From: Pseudomonadaceae bacterium
GTDB lineage: Bacteria > Pseudomonadota > Alphaproteobacteria > UBA2136 > UBA6156
Direction of reading: 5' to 3'
Assembly (NCBI GenBank): GCA_024236095.1
Contig: JACKLD010000012.1
Coordinates: 214,291-278,290 of the forward strand
Length of the DNA: 64,000 nucleotides
Positions 51,962-61,709 of the stretch are shown piece by piece. The notes beneath the pieces were generated by a model. The model saw only the letters and a list, made by a program, of their open reading frames with translations, was not told where the DNA came from and searched no databases. The position numbers and the translations under genes were made by a program. Each line of letters begins with the position of its first letter. Position 1 is the stretch's first letter.

Positions 51962-52558
51962 TTAAACCACCGCATCCACTTTAGGCACATCCGCCTTGGG
52001 CGCCGCCTTGGCAGGCGCGGGGGCCTGCGCCACCGGCGCCGGAGCTGCCACCGGCGCAGGCGCAGCCGCCAACGCCGTCTGTAAACTCACATTGCGGGCA
52101 CTGCGCGCCACCTGTTCCAACTGCGCCTGTACCTGTTGCACCGCTTGCTGCTGGCTGGGACGCGGCTTGGGTGCTTCTTCGGTAATGTTCAGCCCGTAAG
52201 CCCGCAGCGCGGTCAACACGTTCCAACGGGGGATGGTATCGCTGCTGGTCTTGCGCAAATACGTGCCAAGCCCCACCACCTGCGCCAGCGCGTCGCTGCG
52301 CGAAGGCTGGGCGGTAATAAACTGGTCAATTTCCACGGCCACCTGCACCAACTGCACGCGCTGGCCTTCGGTCAGCCCGGTATTGGCGGCAACCTCTGCA
52401 ATCACCGAACGCACATCGGCTGAAACCGGCAACGCCGCAGCTGGCGAACTTCCACCGCCTGTCACCGCGTTAAGGGCGCGTACCTGTTCCATACAGTCGT
52501 CCTGACTCTCTCTCCTCTCACTCCCCGCAAGTGTTCCAAGCTTGTGGGGCGATGCCAT
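51962..52558 (-). CDS. Hypothetical protein with Ala/Pro-rich C-terminal tail
   Basis: 198-aa ORF with no recognisable domain. Start uncertain; an alternative is MEQVRALNAV. Confidence 0.4.
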   Translation of the reverse strand: MASPHKLGTLAGSERRESQDDCMEQVRALNAVTGGGSSPAAALPVSADVRSVIAEVAANTGLTEGQRVQLVQVAVEIDQFITAQPSRSDALAQVVGLGTYLRKTSSDTIPRWNVLTALRAYGLNITEEAPKPRPSQQQAVQQVQAQLEQVARSARNVSLQTALAAAPAPVAAPAPVAQAPAPAKAAPKADVPKVDAVV

Positions 52559-52688
52559 CCTGGCATGTGTTTATAGTAGCTTACCCAAGCCGTCAGGCAA
52601 GGAAATCTGACATACCCCCCGTACACAACTGACTTATCCACAAGCACCCTGTTGCGCCTACGCACCACCTCCAAATAAAACTACACGC

Positions 52689-54005
52689 TTATGCCACACT
52701 TTTCCCGATCGGCAACATCCCCGCCAACCGCTTGGAGATGTCCCCATATCCGCGCTCAATCCGCTCGATGTGCGAGAGCTTGGTCTCGCCTTCAGCCAAG
52801 GCGGCGGCAATCACATACGCCAGTCCGGCCCGCAAGTCGGGCACCGCCACCACCCCGGCAGGGGCCTTCAGCGGGGTTTTGCCCATAATCAGCGCGCTGT
52901 GGGCGTGGCCGCGATGATGGAACCGGCATGGTGCCCCCACACATTCATGGCTCACCTGAATTTTCGCCCCCATGTCGTTCAGCACGCGGGTGTAGCCCAA
53001 ACGGTCTTCATACACCGTCTCGTGCACCGCGCTGATGCCCTCGGCCTGTGTCAGCAAGACCGCGAACGGCTGCTGCCAGTCGGTAGAGAATCCGGGGTAG
53101 ACATCCGTCTCCAGCATAATCGGCCGCAAATCGCCCGCACGGAAAAAACGCATGCTCTGCTCGCCCAGCAACTCCACCCCACCGCCAATCTGACGATAAT
53201 AGGCCAAGAAGTTGTTCAAGGTTTCCGGCAAAATGCCGTGCACCACCATGCTGCCGTTGGTGGCGCAGGCCAAGGTGGCCCAACTGGCGGCCTCAATGCG
53301 GTCACCCAAACAATGCATGGTGGTACCGGAGAGCTTTGCCACCCCCTCCACCCGGATCTCGCGCCCGGGGCTCACGAAAATCACCGCACCCATCGCCCGC
53401 AACATGGTCACCAGCGCCATAATCTCCGGCTCAATCGCGGCATTTTTAATCACCGTCGTGCCCTTGGCCAACACGCTGAGGAACAAGCACGTCTCGGTAG
53501 CCCCCACACTGGGGTACGGCAACTCAAAGTGTGCGCCTTTCAGGCTTTTCACCACCGTGGCTGCCATGTGGGTATTGTCCACGTCGGTTTTGCCGCCAAA
53601 CGCCAACACCGCCGCTTCGTGGAAATCAATCGCCCGCTTGCCGATATCGCAGCCGTCCAGCCGCGGAATCTCGGCCTTGCCGAAACGGTGCAGCAGCACC
53701 GGCAACATCAAAATCGGGATGCGGTTGCTACGGCTGTCCGGCGTGCTCACCCGGTGACTGTGCAGCGGCGTCGGGTCAATCCGCAAGGTGCTGGCGTCCT
53801 GCCGGTCCACTGCCACTCCCACGCTACGCAGCAGGTTGGCGGTAATCTCCACGTCACCGATCTGCGGGGCGTTGGTCAGCACCGTCGGCCCGTCGCCCAG
53901 GCACGCCGCCACCATCGCCTTGGTGGTAAAGTTTTTGGCACCGTAACAGGTAATCTCGCCGTTTACCGGCGCGCCGCCGGTAATGGTGTAGGTGCCGCTG
54001 CTCAT
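52689..54005 (-). CDS. murA: UDP-N-acetylglucosamine 1-carboxyvinyltransferase
   Basis: EPT-family fold. GAKNFTTKAMVAACL corresponds to MurA GAKNAALPILFAALL, and the remaining residues align with E. coli MurA. Confidence 0.85.
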   Translation of the reverse strand: MSSGTYTITGGAPVNGEITCYGAKNFTTKAMVAACLGDGPTVLTNAPQIGDVEITANLLRSVGVAVDRQDASTLRIDPTPLHSHRVSTPDSRSNRIPILMLPVLLHRFGKAEIPRLDGCDIGKRAIDFHEAAVLAFGGKTDVDNTHMAATVVKSLKGAHFELPYPSVGATETCLFLSVLAKGTTVIKNAAIEPEIMALVTMLRAMGAVIFVSPGREIRVEGVAKLSGTTMHCLGDRIEAASWATLACATNGSMVVHGILPETLNNFLAYYRQIGGGVELLGEQSMRFFRAGDLRPIMLETDVYPGFSTDWQQPFAVLLTQAEGISAVHETVYEDRLGYTRVLNDMGAKIQVSHECVGAPCRFHHRGHAHSALIMGKTPLKAPAGVVAVPDLRAGLAYVIAAALAEGETKLSHIERIERGYGDISKRLAGMLPIGKSVA

Positions 54006-54117
54006 CCCCGAAATCTCCCTCGTCAATCAGCGGGCACCCTGCCAAACTCCGGCCCAAAAAGCAAGAAGGGCCGCAAGGCCCTCCCCGAATATCCAAGCAA
54101 ACAACACCAAGCAGCCG

Positions 54118-54348
54118 TCAGTGCACCGCCCCCTTGGCGCGCAAATATGCTTCCAGCTGTTCATTCAGCGCCAGTTTCTTGCGCTTCAACAGCTTCACGC
54201 CGTCCCAATCCACGGCACTAAACCCCAGCTCCTCGGCCAACTCCTCTTCCAACGCCTGTTTGCGCTCCAACAACCGCGCATAATGCGGATCGTTCCGCAG
54301 CAGGTCCAAACTTACCGGATGATTTTGCACGACAGCACGATAAGGCAT
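54118..54348 (-). CDS. DUF465/YdcH-like small protein
   Basis: HPVSLDLLRNDPHYARLLERKQALEEEL resembles the DUF465 consensus. Confidence 0.45.
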   Translation of the reverse strand: MPYRAVVQNHPVSLDLLRNDPHYARLLERKQALEEELAEELGFSAVDWDGVKLLKRKKLALNEQLEAYLRAKGAVH

Positions 54349-54454
54349 CTCACAGTCTCCTTTTGTTGGCTCCCGGCACACGCAAGGTCATGCTAACGCT
54401 GCGGCGCCCGCTTCGGCAATTATGTTCTTGTGCCACACAGCTTATGCAACGGGG

Positions 54455-54769
54455 TCACAACCCCAACTGACGCCAGCTTCCATCACCATCGCGACTTTTG
54501 ATACGGGACAAAGCCTCAGCCCATCGAGAACAGGAAGCCAGCCTACGGACATTATCTAGATCGGAGCAGCGCGGATGAAGCGCTGACCGCCACACTTGCG
54601 CTTCCTCAAGAGCCCGGGTCAATCCTTGCAAACCTTCCTGCTGAGACTGATCCCTGTTTCCATTTAAGAGAGTCACGCCCAAAATCAAAGCTCCAATCGC
54701 ACCGCCCGCCTTGGCAGCTTCATTCCATGAGAGACCTGTTGAAGATGTATAAGATTGAGCCATAGCCAT
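54455..54769 (-). CDS. Hypothetical small protein
   Basis: 104-aa ORF in a locally lower-GC stretch. No motif. Confidence 0.25.
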   Translation of the reverse strand: MAMAQSYTSSTGLSWNEAAKAGGAIGALILGVTLLNGNRDQSQQEGLQGLTRALEEAQVWRSALHPRCSDLDNVRRLASCSRWAEALSRIKSRDGDGSWRQLGL

Positions 54770-54857
54770 TACATAGTCCTCTCAGCCGAAACATCAACCC
54801 CTCAACACCGATTCCCTGCCGCCACATCAGGCACATGCGCAACACTTATAAAAAAGA

Positions 54858-56369
54858 TCAAGCACCTTCAAAAGCTTGACTCTGCCATGCCACGCTCAAA
54901 ATCCTGCGCACCAGCGCAGCGTCGGCACTGTGGTCGAAGTGGCCGAACTCCGGCGCCATGGTCTGCGCAGCGGCAAAACTGCCCATCGGCACCACATGCA
55001 CCTTGGGGGGGCGTATCTGCCCGCCCTTGCAGCCGGCCCGATACGGCTCGAAGCGCAACTCCATCTCGGCATGCAGGCGTTTGGCCACGCTTGCCAACAG
55101 CTCGGGGGCAACCTCGCCCAGCGGGCGGCTCACCTCCACCAGCCATTGCGGCGTGCGCTCGGCCACGTTGTGACCGAACAACGCCTCACGCACAAACACG
55201 CCATGGTTCACCAGCGCCATGTTGATGTTCGCCAATGCCTCCAACACCCCGTCCTCGCGGAAACTCTCTCCCAGCCCGCACAGGCGCACCACCGGCCCCT
55301 TTAGCGCCACCGTCAGCGGCTCGGCCTGCAATACCTTCACAATCTGGCCGGTACTCACCGCCAGCAACCCCGACATGTTGCTCACCACCAGCAGATATTC
55401 GCGCCCGGCCTCCACCTTGTGCGCGGGTAAGCGGCGGTAATTCCGCACAAACCGCCCGTCGGCGTGCACGTCCTCCACCGGCACGAATTCATAAAACACC
55501 GCACCATCGTCCTTCAGCCGCAAACGTTGGCGGATATTCACATCCTCCTGCCACGCCAGCACGCCGGAGGGCCCGTAATACCACTGCATCCATTTCAGGT
55601 TGGGCAGGCCGCCCAGCACGTAGGCCAATTCGGTGCGCTGCAGCGCAATGTCATAGCCGCTGAAGGCATACAGCTGTAAATTCGGCACCAACTCGCGCAG
55701 CGGCACAAAGCGGCTTTCCTGCTGGCTGATGTACAGCGCGAAATCGATCAGCGTTTTCGGGTGCGCCACCAACACCGCCACCTCGCGGCCGTGCTGACGC
55801 AACTGGTCCAACATACAGGCAAAGCCCTGCAAACGGTTGCCGTTCTGTTCGCTCAACCCCGCCATGCGCGGCAACGTCCACCGCTGCCTGAACCACCCGC
55901 GCCGCATATCCACCGCTGTATGGAAACCCATCACCGGTACCTGCCCAACCCGCTTCAGCGGCTCGGCCTCACCAAGGTAGAAGAAGCTCCCCTTCACCGC
56001 CAGCCCCTGCTCACCCAACCGCGCCTTGATGTGTTTCTCTGCCGCCAAAAAGTCATCCGCCACATGCCCGTCCAGCGGCGCCGCCTGCCCGCGCCACGGC
56101 ACAATCGCCAGCGGCTTGGCACGGCTCACCAAATTGGGGCTTTGCAGCACTTGCGCAATCGGCTGCCCCGGCGGCTGCACCATCTTGCCCAGGGCCTCGG
56201 CCCATGCCTTGGGGCTTTGCACCGGCACCGCCCGAGTGAACGTCTGGTACAGCAAATCAAAATCCCTGTACCCCGCCAACTTGGAAACCCCGTAATACGC
56301 CGCGACGCTGCACTTGCCGTTGGCCTTCAATATCCGCCGCAAAACCGCCTGCTGCACACTCCCGCTCAT
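54858..56369 (-). CDS. GH3-like (ANL-superfamily-like) protein, divergent
   Basis: The N-terminus QQAVLRRILKANGKCSVAAYYGV...RDFDLLYQTFTRAVPV resembles bacterial GH3 N-termini. I could not find the SSGTTG P-loop. The start overlaps the upstream SBP stop (ATGA). Confidence 0.5.
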   Translation of the reverse strand: MSGSVQQAVLRRILKANGKCSVAAYYGVSKLAGYRDFDLLYQTFTRAVPVQSPKAWAEALGKMVQPPGQPIAQVLQSPNLVSRAKPLAIVPWRGQAAPLDGHVADDFLAAEKHIKARLGEQGLAVKGSFFYLGEAEPLKRVGQVPVMGFHTAVDMRRGWFRQRWTLPRMAGLSEQNGNRLQGFACMLDQLRQHGREVAVLVAHPKTLIDFALYISQQESRFVPLRELVPNLQLYAFSGYDIALQRTELAYVLGGLPNLKWMQWYYGPSGVLAWQEDVNIRQRLRLKDDGAVFYEFVPVEDVHADGRFVRNYRRLPAHKVEAGREYLLVVSNMSGLLAVSTGQIVKVLQAEPLTVALKGPVVRLCGLGESFREDGVLEALANINMALVNHGVFVREALFGHNVAERTPQWLVEVSRPLGEVAPELLASVAKRLHAEMELRFEPYRAGCKGGQIRPPKVHVVPMGSFAAAQTMAPEFGHFDHSADAALVRRILSVAWQSQAFEGA

Positions 56370-57223
56370 GGCGCCTCAACCATCGCCGCCACATTCATGT
56401 ACTGGCGTGCATCATTGCCGTAATAATTCTTCAACAAGGCTTTTACTTCACCACTGACAATCAACTCGCGCATCGCCACATCCAGCATGTACTTCAACTC
56501 ACTGTCACGAGGCAGTTCAAAACCCATCGGAAAAGACCGCACAGGCTTATCCTCAATGACCCTCACCTTCCCCGGGGTTTTCTCCATATAATCCATCCCC
56601 GACCAGTACGGCATGAACATCACATCCGCCTTGCCCGCCAACATGGCTTCCACCGCCTCGGCAAACGAGACAATATCCGGCAGTACATGCAACTTGGCTT
56701 TTGGGTAATCTTCTTCGGCAATATGGATGGTCGGGTCGTTATCAATCCCCGCCACCACCACCGATTCATCGTTTATGCGTCTAAAATCCTCATCAAACCG
56801 ATGGTCATCCACCCGCACCAACACCATCACGGGGTTGTAGTAATAAGGGAGCGTCGCAAACACCTGTTTGGCCTTGCGGCTGTCAATCCAGTTACCGGTA
56901 CAGAACATGTCGAACTTGCCACCATTCAGCCCCAACGGCGTCATGCCAAAGCCGGTTTCTTCCACCCACTCAACGCTCAAACCAAGCTTTGCGGCCAAAG
57001 CCGTCACAACCTCATAGTCAAGTCCCGAGATCTCGCCCGTATTCGGCTCCACCACCAGCGCCGGAGGAATACTCGCATACCCGCACCGCAACACCCCCGT
57101 CCGCATCACCCGTTCATACGCGCTCTCACGCTGGGCAGAAGGCCCGTCCCCCTTCCCCAACCACCACACCGTCAGCGCGCTGGCCACAACCGCCACGACC
57201 AAAGCCAGAAGCATTTGCTTCAT
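56366..57223 (-). CDS. Periplasmic substrate-binding protein (SBP_bac_3-like)
   Basis: Signal peptide MKQMLLALVVAVVASA and a two-lobe SBP-like body (VLRCGY...GEISGLDYEV...DMFCTGNW). Confidence 0.75.
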   Translation of the reverse strand: MKQMLLALVVAVVASALTVWWLGKGDGPSAQRESAYERVMRTGVLRCGYASIPPALVVEPNTGEISGLDYEVVTALAAKLGLSVEWVEETGFGMTPLGLNGGKFDMFCTGNWIDSRKAKQVFATLPYYYNPVMVLVRVDDHRFDEDFRRINDESVVVAGIDNDPTIHIAEEDYPKAKLHVLPDIVSFAEAVEAMLAGKADVMFMPYWSGMDYMEKTPGKVRVIEDKPVRSFPMGFELPRDSELKYMLDVAMRELIVSGEVKALLKNYYGNDARQYMNVAAMVEAP

Positions 57224-58095
57224 TTTAATCCTCCTACAGAAAAATCATACGGCTTGGCAACAGAAACCACCCCATCAACCTCAAATAGATTGCTCCTAAT
57301 AATCCTATCGAGCTTCTGCGTCATTCGAAGCTCCTCTGTACCGGCATCTATCAAATTTTTAAGCTGTATTTCATCAGGTGCAACAACAGCCCCGACGGCC
57401 AAAAGCCACAAAGGCTGTACCCCCTTCACCTTACGGTGTTTGATTTTATTATGTTTATTATGGAACGAGTTGATCTCAGGTATGCTTATGTGGGCATCGG
57501 CCTTACGGGTTGAGACAAACATAGAAAGGTCACTAACCGGGGTTAGCTGGGGCAGACTTATCAGCTTTGCCTTTGGAAACTCTTGTCGAGTAATAACCCC
57601 CGGTGTGGTTCCGTCAAGCGCCACGAAACGAATATCCGGCGCATTTAGTCGGGAAATGTTATTATCAAAACGCGTATCATTCTCTTCTACATACACATAG
57701 AATGGCGCATAAAAAATCGGATCAGCAAAGAGCATGGAACGTGCCCGCGTCGCAGAAGATGTTGCAAACGCACAAAAAGCATCTACCCGCCCCGAAGCAA
57801 GTGCGGCACCAATATCACCGTATCCAACCTCCTCGGTCCATTCTAATTGAATATCCAAGGCCTTACCAACACTCTGCATATACTCATACATCACTCCAGA
57901 CAGCTTGCCCGTATTCACATCCTTTACAAAGAACGGCTCAAGCACGCTATACCCACACCTTAGCACCCCCGTCCGCATCACCCGTTCATACGCGCTCTCA
58001 CGTTGGGCAGAAGGCCCGTCCCCCTTCCCCAACCACCACACCGTCAGCGCGCTGGCCACAACCGCCACGACCACCGCCAACAGCATCTGTTTCAT
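57220..58095 (-). CDS. Periplasmic substrate-binding protein, paralog with low-GC body
   Basis: The first 50 aa are identical to the downstream paralog; the rest is divergent and AT-richer. The track's ORF start at 58155 is upstream of the real ATG at 58095. Confidence 0.7.
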   Translation of the reverse strand: MKQMLLAVVVAVVASALTVWWLGKGDGPSAQRESAYERVMRTGVLRCGYSVLEPFFVKDVNTGKLSGVMYEYMQSVGKALDIQLEWTEEVGYGDIGAALASGRVDAFCAFATSSATRARSMLFADPIFYAPFYVYVEENDTRFDNNISRLNAPDIRFVALDGTTPGVITRQEFPKAKLISLPQLTPVSDLSMFVSTRKADAHISIPEINSFHNKHNKIKHRKVKGVQPLWLLAVGAVVAPDEIQLKNLIDAGTEELRMTQKLDRIIRSNLFEVDGVVSVAKPYDFSVGGLK

Positions 58096-58199
58096 GAAAT
58101 CCCACCACCTTCTTTTGCCCGCCATGGTAAAGGGCTTCCCCGCCTGCGGCAACACCCTGCACCATTACAAGGCACCCCAGAAACCTCACCTCTCCTCTG

Positions 58200-58320
58200 C
58201 CAACACGAAGCCGTCATCCCCGCGCAGGCGGGGATCCACGTTACAAACAGGCCGCAGGCCTTCCATTGTTCGAACATACCAACATCGAACATTCGAACAT
58301 CTACTTACTAACATCCAACA
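58200..58320. repeat. Composite repeat (GTCATCCCCGCGCAGGCGGGGATCCA dRS3-like palindrome plus CGAACAT heptamer tract)
   Basis: Its terminal TTACTAACATCCAACATC encodes the last residues and stop codon of the GGDEF-EAL gene on the minus strand. Confidence 0.6.
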
Positions 58321-60682
58321 TCTTTTTCCCCTTCGCCGTCTTCAACCGCACCACATTCCCCTTCCCTTTCGCCTTGCCCTTGGCAGCTTTCTCCACCGTC
58401 TTGGGCGCCTCTTTCAGCGGATAATCCATCATCACCCGCCCCGCATACGCCGCGCACAACGCCTCAATGTCGGGCTGGGGCTTGGCAAACAGCCACCCCT
58501 GCCCATAGTCGATGCCCAAACTGCGCAACACGTCACGGGTCGGCTCATCTTCCACAAACTCGGCGATGGTCATGATCCCCATGCCCTTGCACAACGCCGC
58601 CATGTGCTTCACAAACAACTGGTCTTGGCTGTTGGCCACCATGTCCTTCACAAAGGCGCCGTCAATTTTCACAATGTCCACGTCCAGCACCCGCAAATAC
58701 TTGAAGCTGGTAAACCCGCTCCCAAAGTCGTCCAACGCAAAGCGGAACCCCAGCCCCCGCAACTCGGTAATAAACGCACCAATCTCCTCAATGTCGCGCA
58801 TCTCCGCCGGGTCGTGCAGCGCCATGGTTTCGGTCACTTCAAACACAATGCGGCGGGGGTCGATCTGCGTCTCGTGCAGCAACTCTTTCACCTTCGCCAT
58901 TACCGCCGCATCGCCCAAGCTCCGGCATGAGAGGTTGATGGAAATATCCGCCTCAATTCCCTGTTTCATCAATTTTTTCTGCGTCTCGAACACCCGCCGC
59001 GTCACCGCCAAATCCAACTGCTGGATCAACCCGAAGTGCTCCGCCGCATCAATGTACAAGGCGGGGCTCACCACCTTGCCGTCCTTGTCGTAAATCCGCA
59101 GCAACGCCTCAAACAGCGGTCGCTCCCGCACCCTGTCGGGCACAATCGCCTGATAATGCATCTCAAAGTCACCATCAGTCATACACTCTTTCAAACGGTC
59201 CACCCATTTCAACTGGGCTTTCACGCTGCCCACCGTGTCGGCGGTCTCGTCGGCCCGCTCCACAAACAGGCGGTTGCGCCCCATGTCCTTGGCCCGATAC
59301 ATCGCCAAATCCGCACTCATGATCAGGTGGTCAACGCCCTTCTCGTCCTGCGGATACTGCACCATCCCCATGCTCATGGTGGTGCCCAGCTTGGCGCCGT
59401 TGTAGTCCAGCGCCATGGCTTTCACCTTTTCCACAATCTTGTGGACCTTGGCCTCGGCCTTGTCCACGGGGATGTTGTGCATGATGATACCGAACTCGTC
59501 GCCGCCCAACCGCGCCACCACGTCGGTGCTGCGCATCTGCTGACGCAAAATATCCGCCACGCCCTGCAAAATGCGGTCTCCCGCCTCATGCCCGTGGGTG
59601 TCGTTCACCTCCTTGAAACGGTCGAGGTCGATGAAGATCAGCACCCCGCTGGTCTCGTGCCGACGGCTCAAGTTCACCGCCCGTTCCAACTCTTCCTTGA
59701 AGCGGGTGCGGTTCACCAAGCCGGTCAATTGGTCAGATGTCGCCATGCGGTACATGTTCTCGCGGTCCAGCTTGCTGGCGGTGATGTTGCTGGCCGCGCC
59801 CCTGTACCCCTCAAAGTGCCCGTCTTCGTCAAACACCGGCACACCTGAAAGCCGCAGGCACACCCGCTCACCGTCCTTGGCCTGCGCCCAAAACTCCAAA
59901 TCCCGATACGGCTGCCGCCGGTCCATCCGGCTGACAATCAAATCCTGCGTGGGGTTGGCCTCGCCACCTTCAAACAACGCCGAAAGCTGGCCGGTCCCCA
60001 TCAAATCCTCCGGCGCATACCCCAACACCCCCGCCACACCGGGAGAGACATAGGTAAACACCCCCGCCACGTCCACTTCCCACAACCAGTCGGCGCTGCT
60101 GGCGGCAAAGTCGCGGAAACGCAATTCACTGCGCTCCAACTCGTCCTGCGCGGTGCGGTACGCCGTCACGTCATGGGCGTGCAGCACCACCTGCCGCACC
60201 TGCCAGTCGGCATCGGGAAGCCCCTTCACCACCGCCTCCACCTGCACCCAGCCTTGCGCGGCGTGCATCTCGCGGGGGCGGAACCTGAACGCCAACGCCC
60301 CCAACGGCTTGCCACCCAACACATCGCGTACCACCGCCTGCACCGCCGCCATGTCGGCGGGGTGCACCAGCGCCGCCAATTCCTGCCCGCGCACTTCTTC
60401 ACGGTTATAGCCCAGCACACGGCTGTACGCGGCGTTCACGTAGTCCAGCGTGCCGTCTTCGTTGACAATCGCCGTCAAATCATACGCATTGTCCACCATC
60501 AACTTGTATCTGCGGCTCACCGCCGCCATTTGGCGTGTGCGCACATCCACCTCATGAGCCAACACCGCCTTCATCTGGCTGCGGGTGCGCCACCATACGC
60601 CCGCCACCGCCATCCCCGCCCCGCCCAGCATGGTGGCGTAGGGCAACACGTATTCCAAACCGGCAAACCATTGCCCAATCAT
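58301..60682 (-). CDS. PAS-PAS-GGDEF-EAL c-di-GMP signalling protein with Lys-rich C-terminal tail
   Basis: An N-terminal TM segment, two PAS-like regions, a GGDEF motif (RLGGDEFG), an EAL domain (EVTE...DDFGSGFTS...QGWLFAKP) and the tail KAAKGKAKGKGNVVRLKTAKGKKMLDVSK. Confidence 0.9.
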   Translation of the reverse strand: MIGQWFAGLEYVLPYATMLGGAGMAVAGVWWRTRSQMKAVLAHEVDVRTRQMAAVSRRYKLMVDNAYDLTAIVNEDGTLDYVNAAYSRVLGYNREEVRGQELAALVHPADMAAVQAVVRDVLGGKPLGALAFRFRPREMHAAQGWVQVEAVVKGLPDADWQVRQVVLHAHDVTAYRTAQDELERSELRFRDFAASSADWLWEVDVAGVFTYVSPGVAGVLGYAPEDLMGTGQLSALFEGGEANPTQDLIVSRMDRRQPYRDLEFWAQAKDGERVCLRLSGVPVFDEDGHFEGYRGAASNITASKLDRENMYRMATSDQLTGLVNRTRFKEELERAVNLSRRHETSGVLIFIDLDRFKEVNDTHGHEAGDRILQGVADILRQQMRSTDVVARLGGDEFGIIMHNIPVDKAEAKVHKIVEKVKAMALDYNGAKLGTTMSMGMVQYPQDEKGVDHLIMSADLAMYRAKDMGRNRLFVERADETADTVGSVKAQLKWVDRLKECMTDGDFEMHYQAIVPDRVRERPLFEALLRIYDKDGKVVSPALYIDAAEHFGLIQQLDLAVTRRVFETQKKLMKQGIEADISINLSCRSLGDAAVMAKVKELLHETQIDPRRIVFEVTETMALHDPAEMRDIEEIGAFITELRGLGFRFALDDFGSGFTSFKYLRVLDVDIVKIDGAFVKDMVANSQDQLFVKHMAALCKGMGIMTIAEFVEDEPTRDVLRSLGIDYGQGWLFAKPQPDIEALCAAYAGRVMMDYPLKEAPKTVEKAAKGKAKGKGNVVRLKTAKGKKMLDVSK

Positions 60683-60750
60683 GCAGCACCTCCCGCCACC
60701 TTGGCACGGGTCATGCTAGAACACTCCCAAACAACACAAGGAGCACCATC

Positions 60751-60975
60751 ATGGATGTCCGTATCTCCAGCTACCGCCCGCTGCCCGTCAGCGCCAATCC
60801 GGCCCCGCGCAGCGCCACCACACTGGGCGCCCCCACAGCTCCGCAGGCCGCACAAGCCCCCACGCCACAAGCCCAGGCCGCGCGCAACGTGGTCAACCTG
60901 CCCAACAATCTCCAGCAAATCGCCGAGGCCAGCCCCATGGGCCCGCGCGGCAGTCTGGTCGATATCATGGTCTAA
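60751..60975 (+). CDS. Hypothetical small Ala/Pro-rich protein
   Basis: 74-aa ORF with a strong SD (AAGGAG) 7 nt upstream of the ATG. Confidence 0.35.
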   Translation: MDVRISSYRPLPVSANPAPRSATTLGAPTAPQAAQAPTPQAQAARNVVNLPNNLQQIAEASPMGPRGSLVDIMV

Positions 60976-61064
60976 ACGGCAGTTCATACGCCGCCATCCT
61001 ACGCGCCCACGCGCGCAACCGCACACCTTCCCACCCGTTATGCCACAGGCACTGTGGCGCAAAA

Positions 61065-61709
61065 CTAACGCTCGCGCGGCGCCGCCGATTCCAATTGCCG
61101 CTTCACATACCGCCCCACCATGTCTTCCAGCTTGCCGGTATTCGCTTGCCCCAAGCTGTCGGTCTCAAAGGCAAACCACAGCGCGTCATAAAACTCGCTG
61201 GGGTCACGCTCAATCTGCACCAGCATCGTGTTACTCCCCTGAAGTACCTGTCCAAAGCACCGGTTCAGTACAAAATACGCCGCCATCCGCGCTATCCGCT
61301 TGTTGCCATCCACAAACGGTTGCAGCTTGATAAGCTGCCACAACACATCGGTCGCCAAGCCAATCGGATCGCGCTTGCCCCACTCCTGATGCCACCTGGC
61401 AACCAACGCCCTGAAAGCATCCGGCACCTCCTGCGGCGGCAAGGCCCGATAGTTTTTAAATCTCGGCAAATGCACATCCTCAAAACGGAACGCCCCCGGA
61501 TGCTCCACCAAATTCACCATCGCAAAATGGTTCAACGAGCGGATAAACGGGCCCTCCAGACCAAAATGCCCTTTGCGCAACCCTTTAAACGAAAGTTCAA
61601 TATTCCTTATCAAAAACTCTCTGGACATCTCACTATTACGACGCTCATATTCATCATAAAGTTCAGGCTCTTTCGCCCTGTCAACGAACAGGACCATCGA
61701 GTTCCTCAT
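61065..61709 (-). CDS. Fic/Doc (Fido) family protein with degenerate active-site motif
   Basis: LQPFVDGNKRIARMAA aligns to the Doc-type motif HxFx(D/N)(A/G)NKR with His replaced by Gln. Confidence 0.65.
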   Translation of the reverse strand: MRNSMVLFVDRAKEPELYDEYERRNSEMSREFLIRNIELSFKGLRKGHFGLEGPFIRSLNHFAMVNLVEHPGAFRFEDVHLPRFKNYRALPPQEVPDAFRALVARWHQEWGKRDPIGLATDVLWQLIKLQPFVDGNKRIARMAAYFVLNRCFGQVLQGSNTMLVQIERDPSEFYDALWFAFETDSLGQANTGKLEDMVGRYVKRQLESAAPRER

